IMG/VR virus record: IMGVR_UViG_3300006802_000110 | Span: 1 to 57,798 of that record | DNA from: a virus | Taxonomy: Duplodnaviria; Caudoviricetes | Strand: one strand, 5' to 3' | Length of the DNA: 57,798 nucleotides | Shown here: positions 1 to 8,549 of the stretch, in pieces | How positions within the stretch are numbered: the first letter of the stretch is position 1 | Layout of the letters: every line of letters starts with the position of its first letter | The notes under the pieces: generated by a model | What the model saw: only the letters and a program-made list of their open reading frames with translations | The model's database searches: none | Told to the model about the DNA's origin: nothing | Program-made: the position numbers and the translations under genes

Positions 1-808
1 CCACACAGGTAATGACTGCGGTGCCACCAAGAATACCCCGCACGACACCCGATTGAGACACCGTTGCAATCGCGGGGTTCGTACTTGCCCACGTGAGCGT
101 CCGACCCGTTGGTGACAATACATTGCCTGCCGTATCACGTAACGTGATTTGAACCGTGACGTTTTGGTTGACGCGAACCGCACTATCAGGAACAAACAAT
201 GTAACTGTCTGAACGGGAACAATTGTCACTGTGACATTCAACGTTGCTGCCTTGCCACCGGCTGACGCTGAAATGGTGGTCGTACCCGCACCAACCGCAG
301 TAATCAGTCCCTTGTCGGATACCGTAGCAACCAAGGGATTGCTACTCTGCCATAGTACTGCATAGGTCGTGAGATCACGGTTCTGTGAATCTTTGACAAC
401 CGCAGTAGCTTGGGTAGTTTGTCCGACATAGAACGGGGACGGAATATCCGCTTGGATACCAACGGCATATACCGTGGGATCAATGACGAATAACGTTGCC
501 GTATTGAATTGATTTCCAACTGCGGCACCAATCAACGTTTGTCCCTTGGATTTTGCCGTCACGATACCGTTATCGTTCACCGTTGCGACAAGAATATTGC
601 TGGAAGTCCATGAAATCTTTTCCCCAAGCATCAGTCCACCCCGTTGATCACGGACATTCGCAATCATTTGGAGGGTGTTTCCCTGTTCCAACTGTGCGGC
701 TTTCGGAGTCACTTCCACCGAAGTCACCACGGGAACAAATGGACTGACGGGCTCACTGCAACCTGTTAGGACCAGCAGCATTACTAGAATTAGTAATAAC
801 TTTTTCAT
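1..808 (-). CDS. Lipoprotein with tandem bacterial Ig-like (Big_2) domains; runs off the left end of the window
   Basis: Not in the ORF track. Manual translation gives MKKLLLILVMLLVLTGC (lipobox), then repeats of W-x-S-[ST]-N-x-x-[VI]-A-T-V...G-x-[VI]-T-A. GGAG RBS upstream. Confidence 0.85.
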   Translation of the reverse strand, partial: MKKLLLILVMLLVLTGCSEPVSPFVPVVTSVEVTPKAAQLEQGNTLQMIANVRDQRGGLMLGEKISWTSSNILVATVNDNGIVTAKSKGQTLIGAAVGNQFNTATLFVIDPTVYAVGIQADIPSPFYVGQTTQATAVVKDSQNRDLTTYAVLWQSSNPLVATVSDKGLITAVGAGTTTISASAGGKAATLNVTVTIVPVQTVTLFVPDSAVRVNQNVTVQITLRDTAGNVLSPTGRTLTWASTNPAIATVSQSGVVRGILGGTAVITCV

Positions 809-819
809 AATTAGTCTCC

Positions 820-1149
820 TTACCGCTTGTACGCACCCACACCAACATACCAAATCGGTTTGTCATCCACAAAGGCCGCACGATATTCCCGTTGGATGAA
901 TAACAGATCAAAATCGAACTTCGATAATCCCAACTGCTCCCGCAACTTAGTTTCTGCGTATGTCTTTGCGCTGTCCATGTTGGGATGTACGCCGACAGTT
1001 GGTGTTCCAATCATGAGAAACCCACGTTCACGAATGTCTAATTGTACCTTTCCTGTGACATAACCGGTGAAGTCTTCTGGCACGGATTGTGCGTGACCAG
1101 CTACGGCATATGAGAATACGAACATAAGTGTCAATAAAAACTTTTTCAT
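820..1149 (-). CDS. Secreted hypothetical protein
   Basis: Signal peptide MKKFLLTLMFVFSYAVAGHA; AGGAG RBS before ATG at 1149. Confidence 0.7.
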   Translation of the reverse strand: MKKFLLTLMFVFSYAVAGHAQSVPEDFTGYVTGKVQLDIRERGFLMIGTPTVGVHPNMDSAKTYAETKLREQLGLSKFDFDLLFIQREYRAAFVDDKPIWYVGVGAYKR

Positions 1150-1159
1150 AGAATACTCC

Positions 1160-1714
1160 TTATAATAATTTGTATTGTCTAGCCCATTTTCTAACCGCAT
1201 TGTCACTAACGCCAAATTTTTTGCCTATTTGTAACCACGGTTCACTTTTTATAAGTAATGCCAATTCTTTTTTTGATGGTCGTTCTACTTTTCGGTTAGA
1301 CAAATTCGAGCACTCTATTGAACAATACTGTCGATCTTTTTCTTTGGTTCTAAACATTATTTTGCATTGTTGACATTTGATGTCGTATACCATCGGGGGT
1401 GTTCTGTACTCTGTATATGCTTCGTTAAATTTGTGTATGTCTTTGGGTAATTCCACAAGATTAGCTTCTACCTCTCGGTGACAATTTGCGCACAATAGGA
1501 CACATTTTTTTAGTTCTTCTACAATTTTTTCCCACGATCTAGGATTTGCACGAATGCTTCCAAAACTTATTTCTTTTTTACTAGGATCAATGTGGTGTAA
1601 TTCTAGTGCAGTATTACATCTATTATAACCACACAAATTACATTTACCACCCATAGATTCAATAATTCGTGCTTTTGTTCTAATACGCCAGTCTTTTACT
1701 TTCTGAGATGACAT
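1160..1714 (-). CDS. HNH endonuclease with C-terminal Zn-finger/HTH (free-standing homing endonuclease-like)
   Basis: CNLC...LELHH...CVLLCANCHREV core, CQQC..YCSIEC, and C-terminal HTH IGKKFGVSDNAVRKW. AT-rich. Start may be 1729. Confidence 0.85.
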   Translation of the reverse strand: MSSQKVKDWRIRTKARIIESMGGKCNLCGYNRCNTALELHHIDPSKKEISFGSIRANPRSWEKIVEELKKCVLLCANCHREVEANLVELPKDIHKFNEAYTEYRTPPMVYDIKCQQCKIMFRTKEKDRQYCSIECSNLSNRKVERPSKKELALLIKSEPWLQIGKKFGVSDNAVRKWARQYKLL

Positions 1715-1782
1715 AATAAAAAAACTCATAGTTAATGGTTGGCCTCTAACTATAAGTATTAGGGTTAACATAAAAAAGTTAA

Positions 1783-1864
1783 CTCCCAGAGTAGGATTCG
1801 AACCTACGATGTGTTTCCACGGAAGATTAACAGTCTTCTGCCTTAACCGCTAGGCTATCTGGGA
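1783..1864 (-). tRNA. tRNA-Asn(GTT) with atypical long variable arm
   Basis: Acceptor TCCCAGA/TCTGGGA+G; anticodon arm GAAGA-CTGTTAA-TCTTC; T arm GTAGG-TTCGAAT-CCTAC; variable region CGTGGAAACACATC. Confidence 0.9.
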
Positions 1865-1876
1865 ATTCATACTATA

Positions 1877-2722
1877 CTATTCCTGTTTTCTGCGTTTGAA
1901 TAGACCATATAACATCCCGATGAACGGAATTAAAAATGTGCCAATAATCCATTGAAAATGTTCGTTGATGAACATTTGAATTTGTTTTGGTTTTGTTATG
2001 GTAACATTAATTTGTTTACTGTATGTTTGTATGTTATAGGCTGTATTATCTGGACTAAAGTATGCCATAATGGACAGGTGTAATGTTTTGGGCCCCGATT
2101 CGGTTGGAGTAACTTCCCACAACCACGATGTTTCCCTCAATCCAGATATTAACTGTATGGCCGGTGATATTTCGGTTATTTCGAATCCTTGTCCGGTCAA
2201 ATATGCTCCCATCGTATTGGCAATTCGTATCGTATCTTGTGTTTGCTCGTTAGTAATCGTTGGAACAGAAATGTGTTCTGGATATAATGTTACTTTGATC
2301 AAGCGGGATTGTTTATACACTAACGTATCTGGGCTATCGAACACAACGTTTCCGCCACGCAGGGATTGTAATAAATAATCAACCGGATTAAGACTTGGCG
2401 TTGATTCGGAGTCGTCTCCGGTATAAGCAAGTGAGGGTATACCCGCTTTCGGCGGTTCTACTTCACTGCGTTCAAATGCGGTACTGCGTGCAACTCTATT
2501 GGATTGTTTTTGACGAATAGATCCAACACGGGGCGGAGTATTCGTACCGACCGCGCCCGAACCGACAGACCCTCTATCACGGGGCGCTTGTTCTGGTGAT
2601 ATTTCCTCAAAGCAGATGTCTAACGTGCAGGAAGATGGTGCGGGTTCAACCAGCGAAGGCTTGGGTGAACATGCATTTGCAAGTAAAAGTAAAATACAAT
2701 TAATATGTATAATGTATTTCAT
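1877..2722 (-). CDS. Putative lipoprotein with C-terminal TM helix
   Basis: Lipobox-like LANAC, beta-rich domain, C-terminal hydrophobic segment and basic tail. Confidence 0.7.
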   Translation of the reverse strand: MKYIIHINCILLLLANACSPKPSLVEPAPSSCTLDICFEEISPEQAPRDRGSVGSGAVGTNTPPRVGSIRQKQSNRVARSTAFERSEVEPPKAGIPSLAYTGDDSESTPSLNPVDYLLQSLRGGNVVFDSPDTLVYKQSRLIKVTLYPEHISVPTITNEQTQDTIRIANTMGAYLTGQGFEITEISPAIQLISGLRETSWLWEVTPTESGPKTLHLSIMAYFSPDNTAYNIQTYSKQINVTITKPKQIQMFINEHFQWIIGTFLIPFIGMLYGLFKRRKQE

Positions 2723-2750
2723 ATGGTTCTCGACATATGTCGTATATTCA

Positions 2751-2823
2751 TGCCAAGAGACAGAATCGAACTGCCGACACAGCGCTCTTCAGGCGCTTGC
2801 TCTACCAACTGAGCTATCTTGGC
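2751..2823 (-). tRNA. tRNA-Phe(GAA)
   Basis: GCCAAGA/TCTTGGC+A; anticodon arm AGCGC-CTGAAGA-GCGCT. Confidence 0.95.
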
Positions 2824-2947
2824 TCCTCATCTATCTGATCAGAATTTCTAGTTTGATGCCACAAATCCACGATGACGGCGATAATGATAACTAACGCCGA
2901 CAATCCTATGAGTTTGAGGACAAAATTGTATAACTCCATAACCACTC

Positions 2948-3247
2948 CTACAAGTTTTCGGTAATATTCTTGACTGCCTTATAGTTTTCGTACATCACTT
3001 GCATTTGATAACCGATATACAATTCATCTGCCAACCACTGCAAGATCATGTCAATATCGTCTTGCGTGGGACTCCCTTCGGACAATCTGTTCCACGTGTC
3101 TTCCAACTTATGAACATGACTGTCAATCGTTTCCATGCGATTCTCGAACACTTGGCGGGAACGTTTGGATCGCTCCAATTTTTCCCACCCAATTTCCAGA
3201 TCGGTGGCGTTGGCACGTGCGGATTCTCTGATGTCTTCTAAATCCAT
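2948..3247 (-). CDS. Hypothetical helical protein
   Basis: Start MDLEDIRE with GGAG RBS; the longer ORF-track version overlaps the tRNA. Confidence 0.7.
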   Translation of the reverse strand: MDLEDIRESARANATDLEIGWEKLERSKRSRQVFENRMETIDSHVHKLEDTWNRLSEGSPTQDDIDMILQWLADELYIGYQMQVMYENYKAVKNITENL

Positions 3248-3268
3248 GATTGTCTCCAGAAAGAGAAG

Positions 3269-3339
3269 TGGACCGGGTGGGAATCGAACCCACAAATGAG
3301 CCTTGCAAAGGCCCCAGTTTCCCGTTAGCTTACCGGCCC
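3269..3339 (-). tRNA. tRNA-Ala(TGC)
   Basis: GGGCCGG/CCGGTCC+A with the G3:U70 Ala identity pair; loop TTTGCAA. Confidence 0.9.
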
Positions 3340-3384
3340 AAAAAAACGTGGTGGCTGCAACAAGAGTGTTCCTGTGCAGCCACC
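3340..3384 (-). terminator. Probable intrinsic terminator
   Basis: GGTGGCTGCA/TGCAGCCACC stem followed by a T7 tract on the minus strand. Confidence 0.55.
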
Positions 3385-3401
3385 GATGTTGACGTTTTAG
3401 T

Positions 3402-3572
3402 TTACTGCATCACGCTCGGTTGTTCGAGCGTAATCGTGGCCGAAGAATCCGTGGTGGGAACAACCAACGTATCGGTTGTCGCGGTGGAGTCGGCAGCGGG
3501 AACCGCCTCTTCCTTGGTGCCACATGCAACGAGCGTCATCATCAAACCTGCAACAAGCATAACCTTCTTCAT
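3402..3572 (-). CDS. Small lipoprotein (56 aa)
   Basis: Not in the ORF track. MKKVMLVAGLMMTLVAC-GTKEEAVPAADSTATTDTLVV...; AAGGAG RBS. Confidence 0.8.
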   Translation of the reverse strand: MKKVMLVAGLMMTLVACGTKEEAVPAADSTATTDTLVVPTTDSSATITLEQPSVMQ

Positions 3573-3622
3573 ACGTAACTCCTTGTAGAGTGAAAACCGT
3601 GATATCCGTTCGGAGTATCACA

Positions 3623-3693
3623 TTGGCTCTCTAGGACTCGAACCTAGATTCGCAGATCCAAAGTCTGCTGTCCTGCCATTGGACGAAGAGCCA
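3623..3693 (-). tRNA. tRNA-Gln(TTG)
   Basis: TGGCTCT/AGAGCCA; GCAGA-CTTTGGA-TCTGC. Confidence 0.95.
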
Positions 3694-3765
3694 TACCGCG
3701 TAGGAGAATCGAACTCCTATTACCTGAGTGAAAGTCAGGCTTCCTGACCATTAGAAGAACGCGGC
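3694..3765 (-). tRNA. tRNA-Glu(TTC)
   Basis: GCCGCGT/ACGCGGT+A; CCTGA-CTTTCAC-TCAGG. Confidence 0.95.
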
Positions 3766-3774
3766 AATTACTCT

Positions 3775-4134
3775 TTACTTCTTACTCTTTGGGGCGTCTG
3801 CCATAAACTTGTCGAGATTGTATCCAAGACTATAACCGACTTCTGTGAGTGACTTCTTGCCAATATAGTCCCGAATCTTCCATCCCTTGTCAAGGTGATC
3901 CTTGAAGCACATCTTGTCATTATAAATAAAACTGAAGACGATCAAGGGAATCCACGCCAAGAAGAAGATTCCGGTTACAACCAAAATACCACCGATGATT
4001 GCGGCATTCTTCCAATCTTGCCGGAACAACGTTGGGAAGAATCCGAAAAACAAAACCGTCCATGAATAACCAACGGGAAGTTGCTTTATTTGTCCCGTAA
4101 CGGGATTGAGAACAACTATATTACCGTGTGCCAT
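3775..4134 (-). CDS. Small membrane protein (HrgC/DUF2628-like)
   Basis: GYSWTVLFFGFFPTLFRQDWK motif, two TM segments, YN...GW tail. Confidence 0.7.
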   Translation of the reverse strand: MAHGNIVVLNPVTGQIKQLPVGYSWTVLFFGFFPTLFRQDWKNAAIIGGILVVTGIFFLAWIPLIVFSFIYNDKMCFKDHLDKGWKIRDYIGKKSLTEVGYSLGYNLDKFMADAPKSKK

Positions 4135-4165
4135 ATAACTCTCCTATAAGGGTAAGATACTACAG

Positions 4166-4237
4166 AGCGGGTAGAGGGAGTCGAACCCTCGTCATCAGAT
4201 TGGAAATCTGAGGTAATAGCCGTTATACGACACCCGC
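4166..4237 (-). tRNA. tRNA-Gly(TCC)
   Basis: GCGGGTG/TACCCGC+T; TCAGA-TTTCCAA-TCTGA. Confidence 0.95.
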
Positions 4238-4247
4238 ATCTCCGTGA

Positions 4248-4276
4248 ATAATAATAGGATGGAACAACTTTGTCAA
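4248..4276 (-). promoter_or_regulatory. Sigma70-type promoter
   Basis: TTGACA-N17-TATTAT, just upstream of tRNA-Gly. Confidence 0.8.
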
Positions 4277-4278
4277 CC

Positions 4279-4695
4279 CTATTCCAAAACTACCGTATAA
4301 GATGCAGCCCGAAATATTCCCGCCGCTTTTTCTAATTCCACCAATTGATCTGCTCCCCCATCACGGACGGCAATAATAAGGGATTCTACATTATGGGCCT
4401 GTACCAGTTGTGTCCCATAAAAATGTGCGGCCCCATCGTTGATTACTCCGCTCAAAATGGACGGGAGGACTTGTCCATAATGTGCCAACGACTGACACGC
4501 ACCATGTGGAATTTCGTTCTGACGTAACTTTTCCACTGCCTCTGTCAACGTATCTGCGATTTGTGCAAAGATGTCTGCGACTTGTTGCTTTCGCTCGGGA
4601 TCATTCAGTGCGGATTGTGCAGTCTTTGCGGCGGTAATCATGCTGAACAACGCGGTGGCCGCATCCAGTAGTACGGCGATAATGGCTACTGACAT
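4279..4695 (-). CDS. Hypothetical helical protein
   Basis: 138-aa ORF with AAGGA RBS. Confidence 0.7.
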   Translation of the reverse strand: MSVAIIAVLLDAATALFSMITAAKTAQSALNDPERKQQVADIFAQIADTLTEAVEKLRQNEIPHGACQSLAHYGQVLPSILSGVINDGAAHFYGTQLVQAHNVESLIIAVRDGGADQLVELEKAAGIFRAASYTVVLE

Positions 4696-4752
4696 ATATA
4701 GTCCTTTGGGGGGTTAATCATCTCAATATTCGTGAGTTTTTACATTCAAATT

Positions 4753-5145
4753 TCATAATATTAAATCTGATGGATCATTCTTGTATATCCGATACGAATC
4801 ATCGTCAAAGTGTTCGGTACTGACCTCAAATACAACCGAACTAGACGCCAACGCTTCAAGTTGGTGTGGTAACCCTCGCTGTATGACTACCGAATCACCA
4901 GTGACAAGCTCTTTAGTGTGCAGCTGGGCGGTTTCGGTGTCAATCCAGTTAAACCTGAATCTCCCCGATTGGATATACCATGTTTCTTTTTTCTTCATGT
5001 GATAATGCATGGAAAACTTGTTTCCAATTTTAGTAAATACCAATAATTTACCACAATAATCTGCGTCGTTGTGAATCCACAACTCATATCCCCAAGATTT
5101 TTCTATTCTCTTGGGAGCATGAACTATAACTGAATCGAGACTCAC
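4753..5145 (-). CDS. Cupin-domain protein (sugar isomerase/M6PI-like)
   Basis: KSWGYE...SMHYH...ETWYI..G and PHQL...FEVST cupin motifs. Confidence 0.85.
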   Translation of the reverse strand: MSLDSVIVHAPKRIEKSWGYELWIHNDADYCGKLLVFTKIGNKFSMHYHMKKKETWYIQSGRFRFNWIDTETAQLHTKELVTGDSVVIQRGLPHQLEALASSSVVFEVSTEHFDDDSYRIYKNDPSDLIL

Positions 5146-5594
5146 GGGTTCTTTCCGTTGTTTCGGTCAGGACATGACTTTGGCATTTGTCCCGGCGGGA
5201 GACTGTAATCACAAATAATTGGTGTTGGAACAAACACCGTATCCGTCACACGAACGACGAGCGTATCCACGCGATGCTTGTGCACAATTATAGTGTCATA
5301 CTTGGTGACAATCTTCGGAACGTATAGCGTATCGGTTTTGACAACAACTTTAGTGACGACAACGGTATCAACCGTTGTAATAGTCTTAACCAACGTATCA
5401 ACGCGAAGAATGTTAACCTTGACAGTATCCACACGAACAACGGGCACCTTTACGGTATCCACGCGAGTAACGATGACTGTATCGACCTTGGTGTTCGGCG
5501 TTGGATGGTGAGTTGGGCCTGTGGTGTCATCTTCACACGCACCCACAAAAAGAATTAAACTAAATAATGTTAAAAATCCAAACAACTTTTTCAT
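5142..5594 (-). CDS. Lipoprotein with repeated (V/T/Y)DT(V/L/I) motifs
   Basis: Lipobox VGAC; nine DT[VLI] repeats. Confidence 0.8.
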   Translation of the reverse strand: MKKLFGFLTLFSLILFVGACEDDTTGPTHHPTPNTKVDTVIVTRVDTVKVPVVRVDTVKVNILRVDTLVKTITTVDTVVVTKVVVKTDTLYVPKIVTKYDTIIVHKHRVDTLVVRVTDTVFVPTPIICDYSLPPGQMPKSCPDRNNGKNP

Positions 5595-5623
5595 AACCAA
5601 CTCCTGTTAAAGTAAACCTACAG

Positions 5624-5706
5624 CGGAAGCGGAGGGACTTGAACCCCCATATCCTTTCGGATGACGGATTAGTAGGCCGTTGCAATACCATTCTGCGCAC
5701 GCTTCC
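5624..5706 (-). tRNA. tRNA-Ser with unusual ACT anticodon
   Basis: GGAAGCG/CGCTTCC+G73; long variable arm ATCC-GAAA-GGAT; anticodon loop CTACTAA. Confidence 0.85.
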
Positions 5707-5712
5707 TTCCTT

Positions 5713-5967
5713 TTATGATGTTTTATTTGTTACAGTCGCGTATAACTTCTCAAACTCCTGATGTGAGGCAACTTCGTCCGCAAAGTTTTGTTTGTGATAG
5801 GTCTTTGCCAATTTACGAAACACCTTTTTATTGAGATTTAGTTCTTCGCAAATGTCCCCAATCACATTCTTTTGTAAATCCCGTTCTGCTTCTACACGGG
5901 TCATGGACGTACTCATATCTTTTAATGCGGCTTCTAGTTTTAGTAATTCGTTTGGTGTGAGATTCAT
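5713..5967 (-). CDS. dsbA: T4 DsbA-like dsDNA-binding protein
   Basis: 84-aa helical protein with K-x-F-R-K-L-A-K-x-Y-H-K-Q-N-F and terminal E-x-L-Y pattern, as in T4-type DsbA. Confidence 0.7.
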   Translation of the reverse strand: MNLTPNELLKLEAALKDMSTSMTRVEAERDLQKNVIGDICEELNLNKKVFRKLAKTYHKQNFADEVASHQEFEKLYATVTNKTS

Positions 5968-5990
5968 AGTGATTCCTTGTTATTGTTAAA

Positions 5991-6062
5991 CGCCCTGAAA
6001 AAGATTCGAACTTTTACTAGCAGTTCCGAAGACTGCTGTGCTCTCCGTTACACCATCAAGGC
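5991..6062 (-). tRNA. tRNA-Arg(TCG)
   Basis: GCCTTGA/TCAGGGC+G; GCAGT-CTTCGGA-ACTGC. Confidence 0.9.
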
Positions 6063-6091
6063 AAAACCCGACTATTTCAGGGGTACCTGAA

Positions 6092-6120
6092 AATATATAT
6101 CAATTTGTGTTGTTTGTCAA
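6092..6120 (-). promoter_or_regulatory. Sigma70-type promoter
   Basis: TTGACA-N17-TATATT upstream of tRNA-Arg. Confidence 0.75.
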
Positions 6121-6137
6121 GGTATTATTTAATTAGA

Positions 6138-7466
6138 TTATAACATTATACGTGAACCAATCAACAGATAGTTGAGTGGTTTACCTGAGGCGGGGATCAT
6201 AACCCGATGTGCAGCAGTCATGCCAAAACGTCTGGTGAGTTTGTAGTCCCACGATGAACCGATCATGGCACCAACCGATGAACTGGTGGTCAATCCTGTC
6301 TGTGGGCTATACGAAAGTGGAGAACCGATGACAAATATCTGTGGTGATACGCTAATTCGATCATCCACTTTGATTGGAGACAACATGAGAAACGCAACCG
6401 CAGATGTTGCGAAAACGGTATTGTACCCGTGTTTGGTGATTTCCAACGTACTACCTTTGGTGTACACGTAGTCATTGGTGTAACGCTCAATATAGTTTAC
6501 GACCTCGGCGCTATCAGATACGAGAATGGTTTCACTTTCAGGAATGAACACACTGATTGCCCCCACATTTACACCATAGACGCCAATCTTGGGGTTGGGT
6601 TTGACCCATGTATATCCTACCATCTGTATCAAAATACCTTTGGAATATACGCTGGTACTTGAATACGAAGAGACGCTGTTTAGTTTTCCTTTCTGAAAAT
6701 TCATTTTGGTGTACGACAATGATAACGCACCTTGATCCAACGAGGTAAATATCATTGCTGTTGCGCCGTAACTCTTGTCGCCAATCAACGATGTTTGTGA
6801 CACACCCATCGTAAAAATTTGAGTGATTCCCCCTTCTGGCGTTTGTCCGGTGGTCAAATCAGACGCAACCATGATCGGATTGACACGCCCTTGGGTTTTT
6901 TTCTTGTCATCCTTTTTTTCGTCCTTCTTTTCCTCTTTCTTTTCAGACTTTTCGTCAGATTTATTTTCTGACGATGACTCTGATTTCGATTCTGACGAGG
7001 TTTCCGAACTACTAGAGGAAGGTGTTGATTCGGATGAACTACTTGAACTTGGTGTGGGCGTGCTACTACTGGATGGTGCGGGGACGGATGCAGCCGCACC
7101 GCTTGCTGCAGCTCCAGCCGCAGAACTTGCGGCACTACTTGCCGCAGATGATGCTGCTTGTGCAGCGGCCTGTGTTGCGACCTGAGTGACCACGGGGTTG
7201 TCAACTACCGGACATGGTGTGGTAGCGGTGATCAAATTGATCCACGCTTGTAGTTCTCCGGCGGCCGCCTGTTCGGCAGTAAACACCTTGGATTGATTCC
7301 TGTACATGACGACCACACCGACACCATTCAATGGAAACGTTGCGGTTTGTACGGTCTTCGTACAGGGATCAATCCATGTTTGTACAACAGTTTGTGCGTG
7401 AACTTCGGTGCTGTATGCTAATAACGTAAAGATACATACAACCAATAGCTTATATATACTTTTCAT
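6138..7466 (-). CDS. Secreted protein: small N-domain, Ala/Ser and Lys/Glu linker, probable C-terminal beta-barrel
   Basis: Signal peptide ending VHA; low-complexity linker; about 250 aa of amphipathic, Gly/aromatic-rich beta-strands. Confidence 0.65.
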   Translation of the reverse strand: MKSIYKLLVVCIFTLLAYSTEVHAQTVVQTWIDPCTKTVQTATFPLNGVGVVVMYRNQSKVFTAEQAAAGELQAWINLITATTPCPVVDNPVVTQVATQAAAQAASSAASSAASSAAGAAASGAAASVPAPSSSSTPTPSSSSSSESTPSSSSSETSSESKSESSSENKSDEKSEKKEEKKDEKKDDKKKTQGRVNPIMVASDLTTGQTPEGGITQIFTMGVSQTSLIGDKSYGATAMIFTSLDQGALSLSYTKMNFQKGKLNSVSSYSSTSVYSKGILIQMVGYTWVKPNPKIGVYGVNVGAISVFIPESETILVSDSAEVVNYIERYTNDYVYTKGSTLEITKHGYNTVFATSAVAFLMLSPIKVDDRISVSPQIFVIGSPLSYSPQTGLTTSSSVGAMIGSSWDYKLTRRFGMTAAHRVMIPASGKPLNYLLIGSRIML

Positions 7467-7475
7467 GTAAATTGT

Positions 7476-8189
7476 TTACTCGTTGGGGAATATATTCTTT
7501 TTGATCATTCGAACAATGATTTTTGCAGTTGCATCCTCCAACGCCTTTTTTGTGGTGGTCCCGATGGTACTTTGATTGAACTTAACTTCACTAAAATTAT
7601 CATCGTTCATCAAGGTCAGTTCACGCACGGTCTTTGCCTCGCCAAGACCTGACCCCGTGAAATAGGCTCCGGTTTCTGCGTCCACAAATTTGATCTGTAG
7701 ACCAAGGCGGGTTACCACGGTGTTCTTGACCCCATCCTTCAGGTTTATCGTTTCATCTTCCGACACCGAAAAATCATATACTTCGGCATATACAAAATAT
7801 CGTGCTAATTTGATCTTGCCACGGCCATCGAGTTTGTTTTCGGTAAACCCGGACTGTGATGCCTGAAACTGCTTGACCATGCGGTTTTTGATTTCGGTCT
7901 TGTCTTCGGTAAACGTAAACCGATTGGTTTCTTCCATGTACTCCACGATGATATTGGTAACACCAAGTCCTACGCGATTGTCCTTAAGTTCGGGATATAG
8001 CGCAAAGACTTCCTCATTAATTCCAACATTCAATAATTGAATTGGAATTTGCTCCCCATCATAATTCATCAGCGAATCGATATTGATTTTTTGTTCGAAT
8101 GACGCTCGATATTCTTCGGTTTTTGTTTTACCTACTTGCGCTGACAAAATTGTTGGAAATAACAGTAATCCGAGTAATAGCTTTTTCAT
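7476..8189 (-). CDS. CsgG/HfaB-like secreted protein
   Basis: Signal peptide; L-x-ETNRF-like segment, 'GKIKLARYFVYAEVYDFS' and 'LQIKFVDAETG', which are typical of the CsgG fold. Confidence 0.7.
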   Translation of the reverse strand: MKKLLLGLLLFPTILSAQVGKTKTEEYRASFEQKINIDSLMNYDGEQIPIQLLNVGINEEVFALYPELKDNRVGLGVTNIIVEYMEETNRFTFTEDKTEIKNRMVKQFQASQSGFTENKLDGRGKIKLARYFVYAEVYDFSVSEDETINLKDGVKNTVVTRLGLQIKFVDAETGAYFTGSGLGEAKTVRELTLMNDDNFSEVKFNQSTIGTTTKKALEDATAKIIVRMIKKNIFPNE

Positions 8190-8192
8190 TGT

Positions 8193-8504
8193 TTATTCGT
8201 CTGAATCGGAATTGGTTAAGGTGAACTCTGCTTGTTCTGCTTTCTTAACCGATGTTGGTGAAAATTGTTCCAATCCAGAAATACCGAATGATCCCAATGA
8301 AATCATCATGAATGAGTTATACACAAATTCATGAATTTCCAATGTTATTCCAAAAACGCCCGTTACGATATCAACAAGTGAGTATATCGTCATGATGGCA
8401 AACGAAAGAAACCCGATAATTGTCTTTTCGTTATAATCGTTGTTATCCTTGAAGATTTGTGAAAAACGTGATAGAAAACCTTCTTGAATTTTCTTGGTAC
8501 TCAT
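8193..8504 (-). CDS. Two-TM membrane protein
   Basis: Two hydrophobic segments; AGGAG RBS. Confidence 0.7.
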   Translation of the reverse strand: MSTKKIQEGFLSRFSQIFKDNNDYNEKTIIGFLSFAIMTIYSLVDIVTGVFGITLEIHEFVYNSFMMISLGSFGISGLEQFSPTSVKKAEQAEFTLTNSDSDE

Positions 8505-8549
8505 GTTAATCTCCTAATGTATTAGAAAGTAGTTACTTATTTTCTTTGT

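Noticed and set aside
304-1063. Short ORF-track entries in the first kilobase
   Set aside because: Shadow frames of the Big_2 lipoprotein gene (808 to window start) and the 820-1149 gene
3269-3339. Possible tRNA-Cys(GCA) reading
   Set aside because: The 7-nt loop centres on TGC, and G3:U70 with A73 identifies Ala
5624-5706. Amber suppressor (CTA in the loop) or alternative genetic code
   Set aside because: The canonical register gives ACT. Genes end normally at TAG, TGA and TAA, and long ORFs are intact under the standard code.
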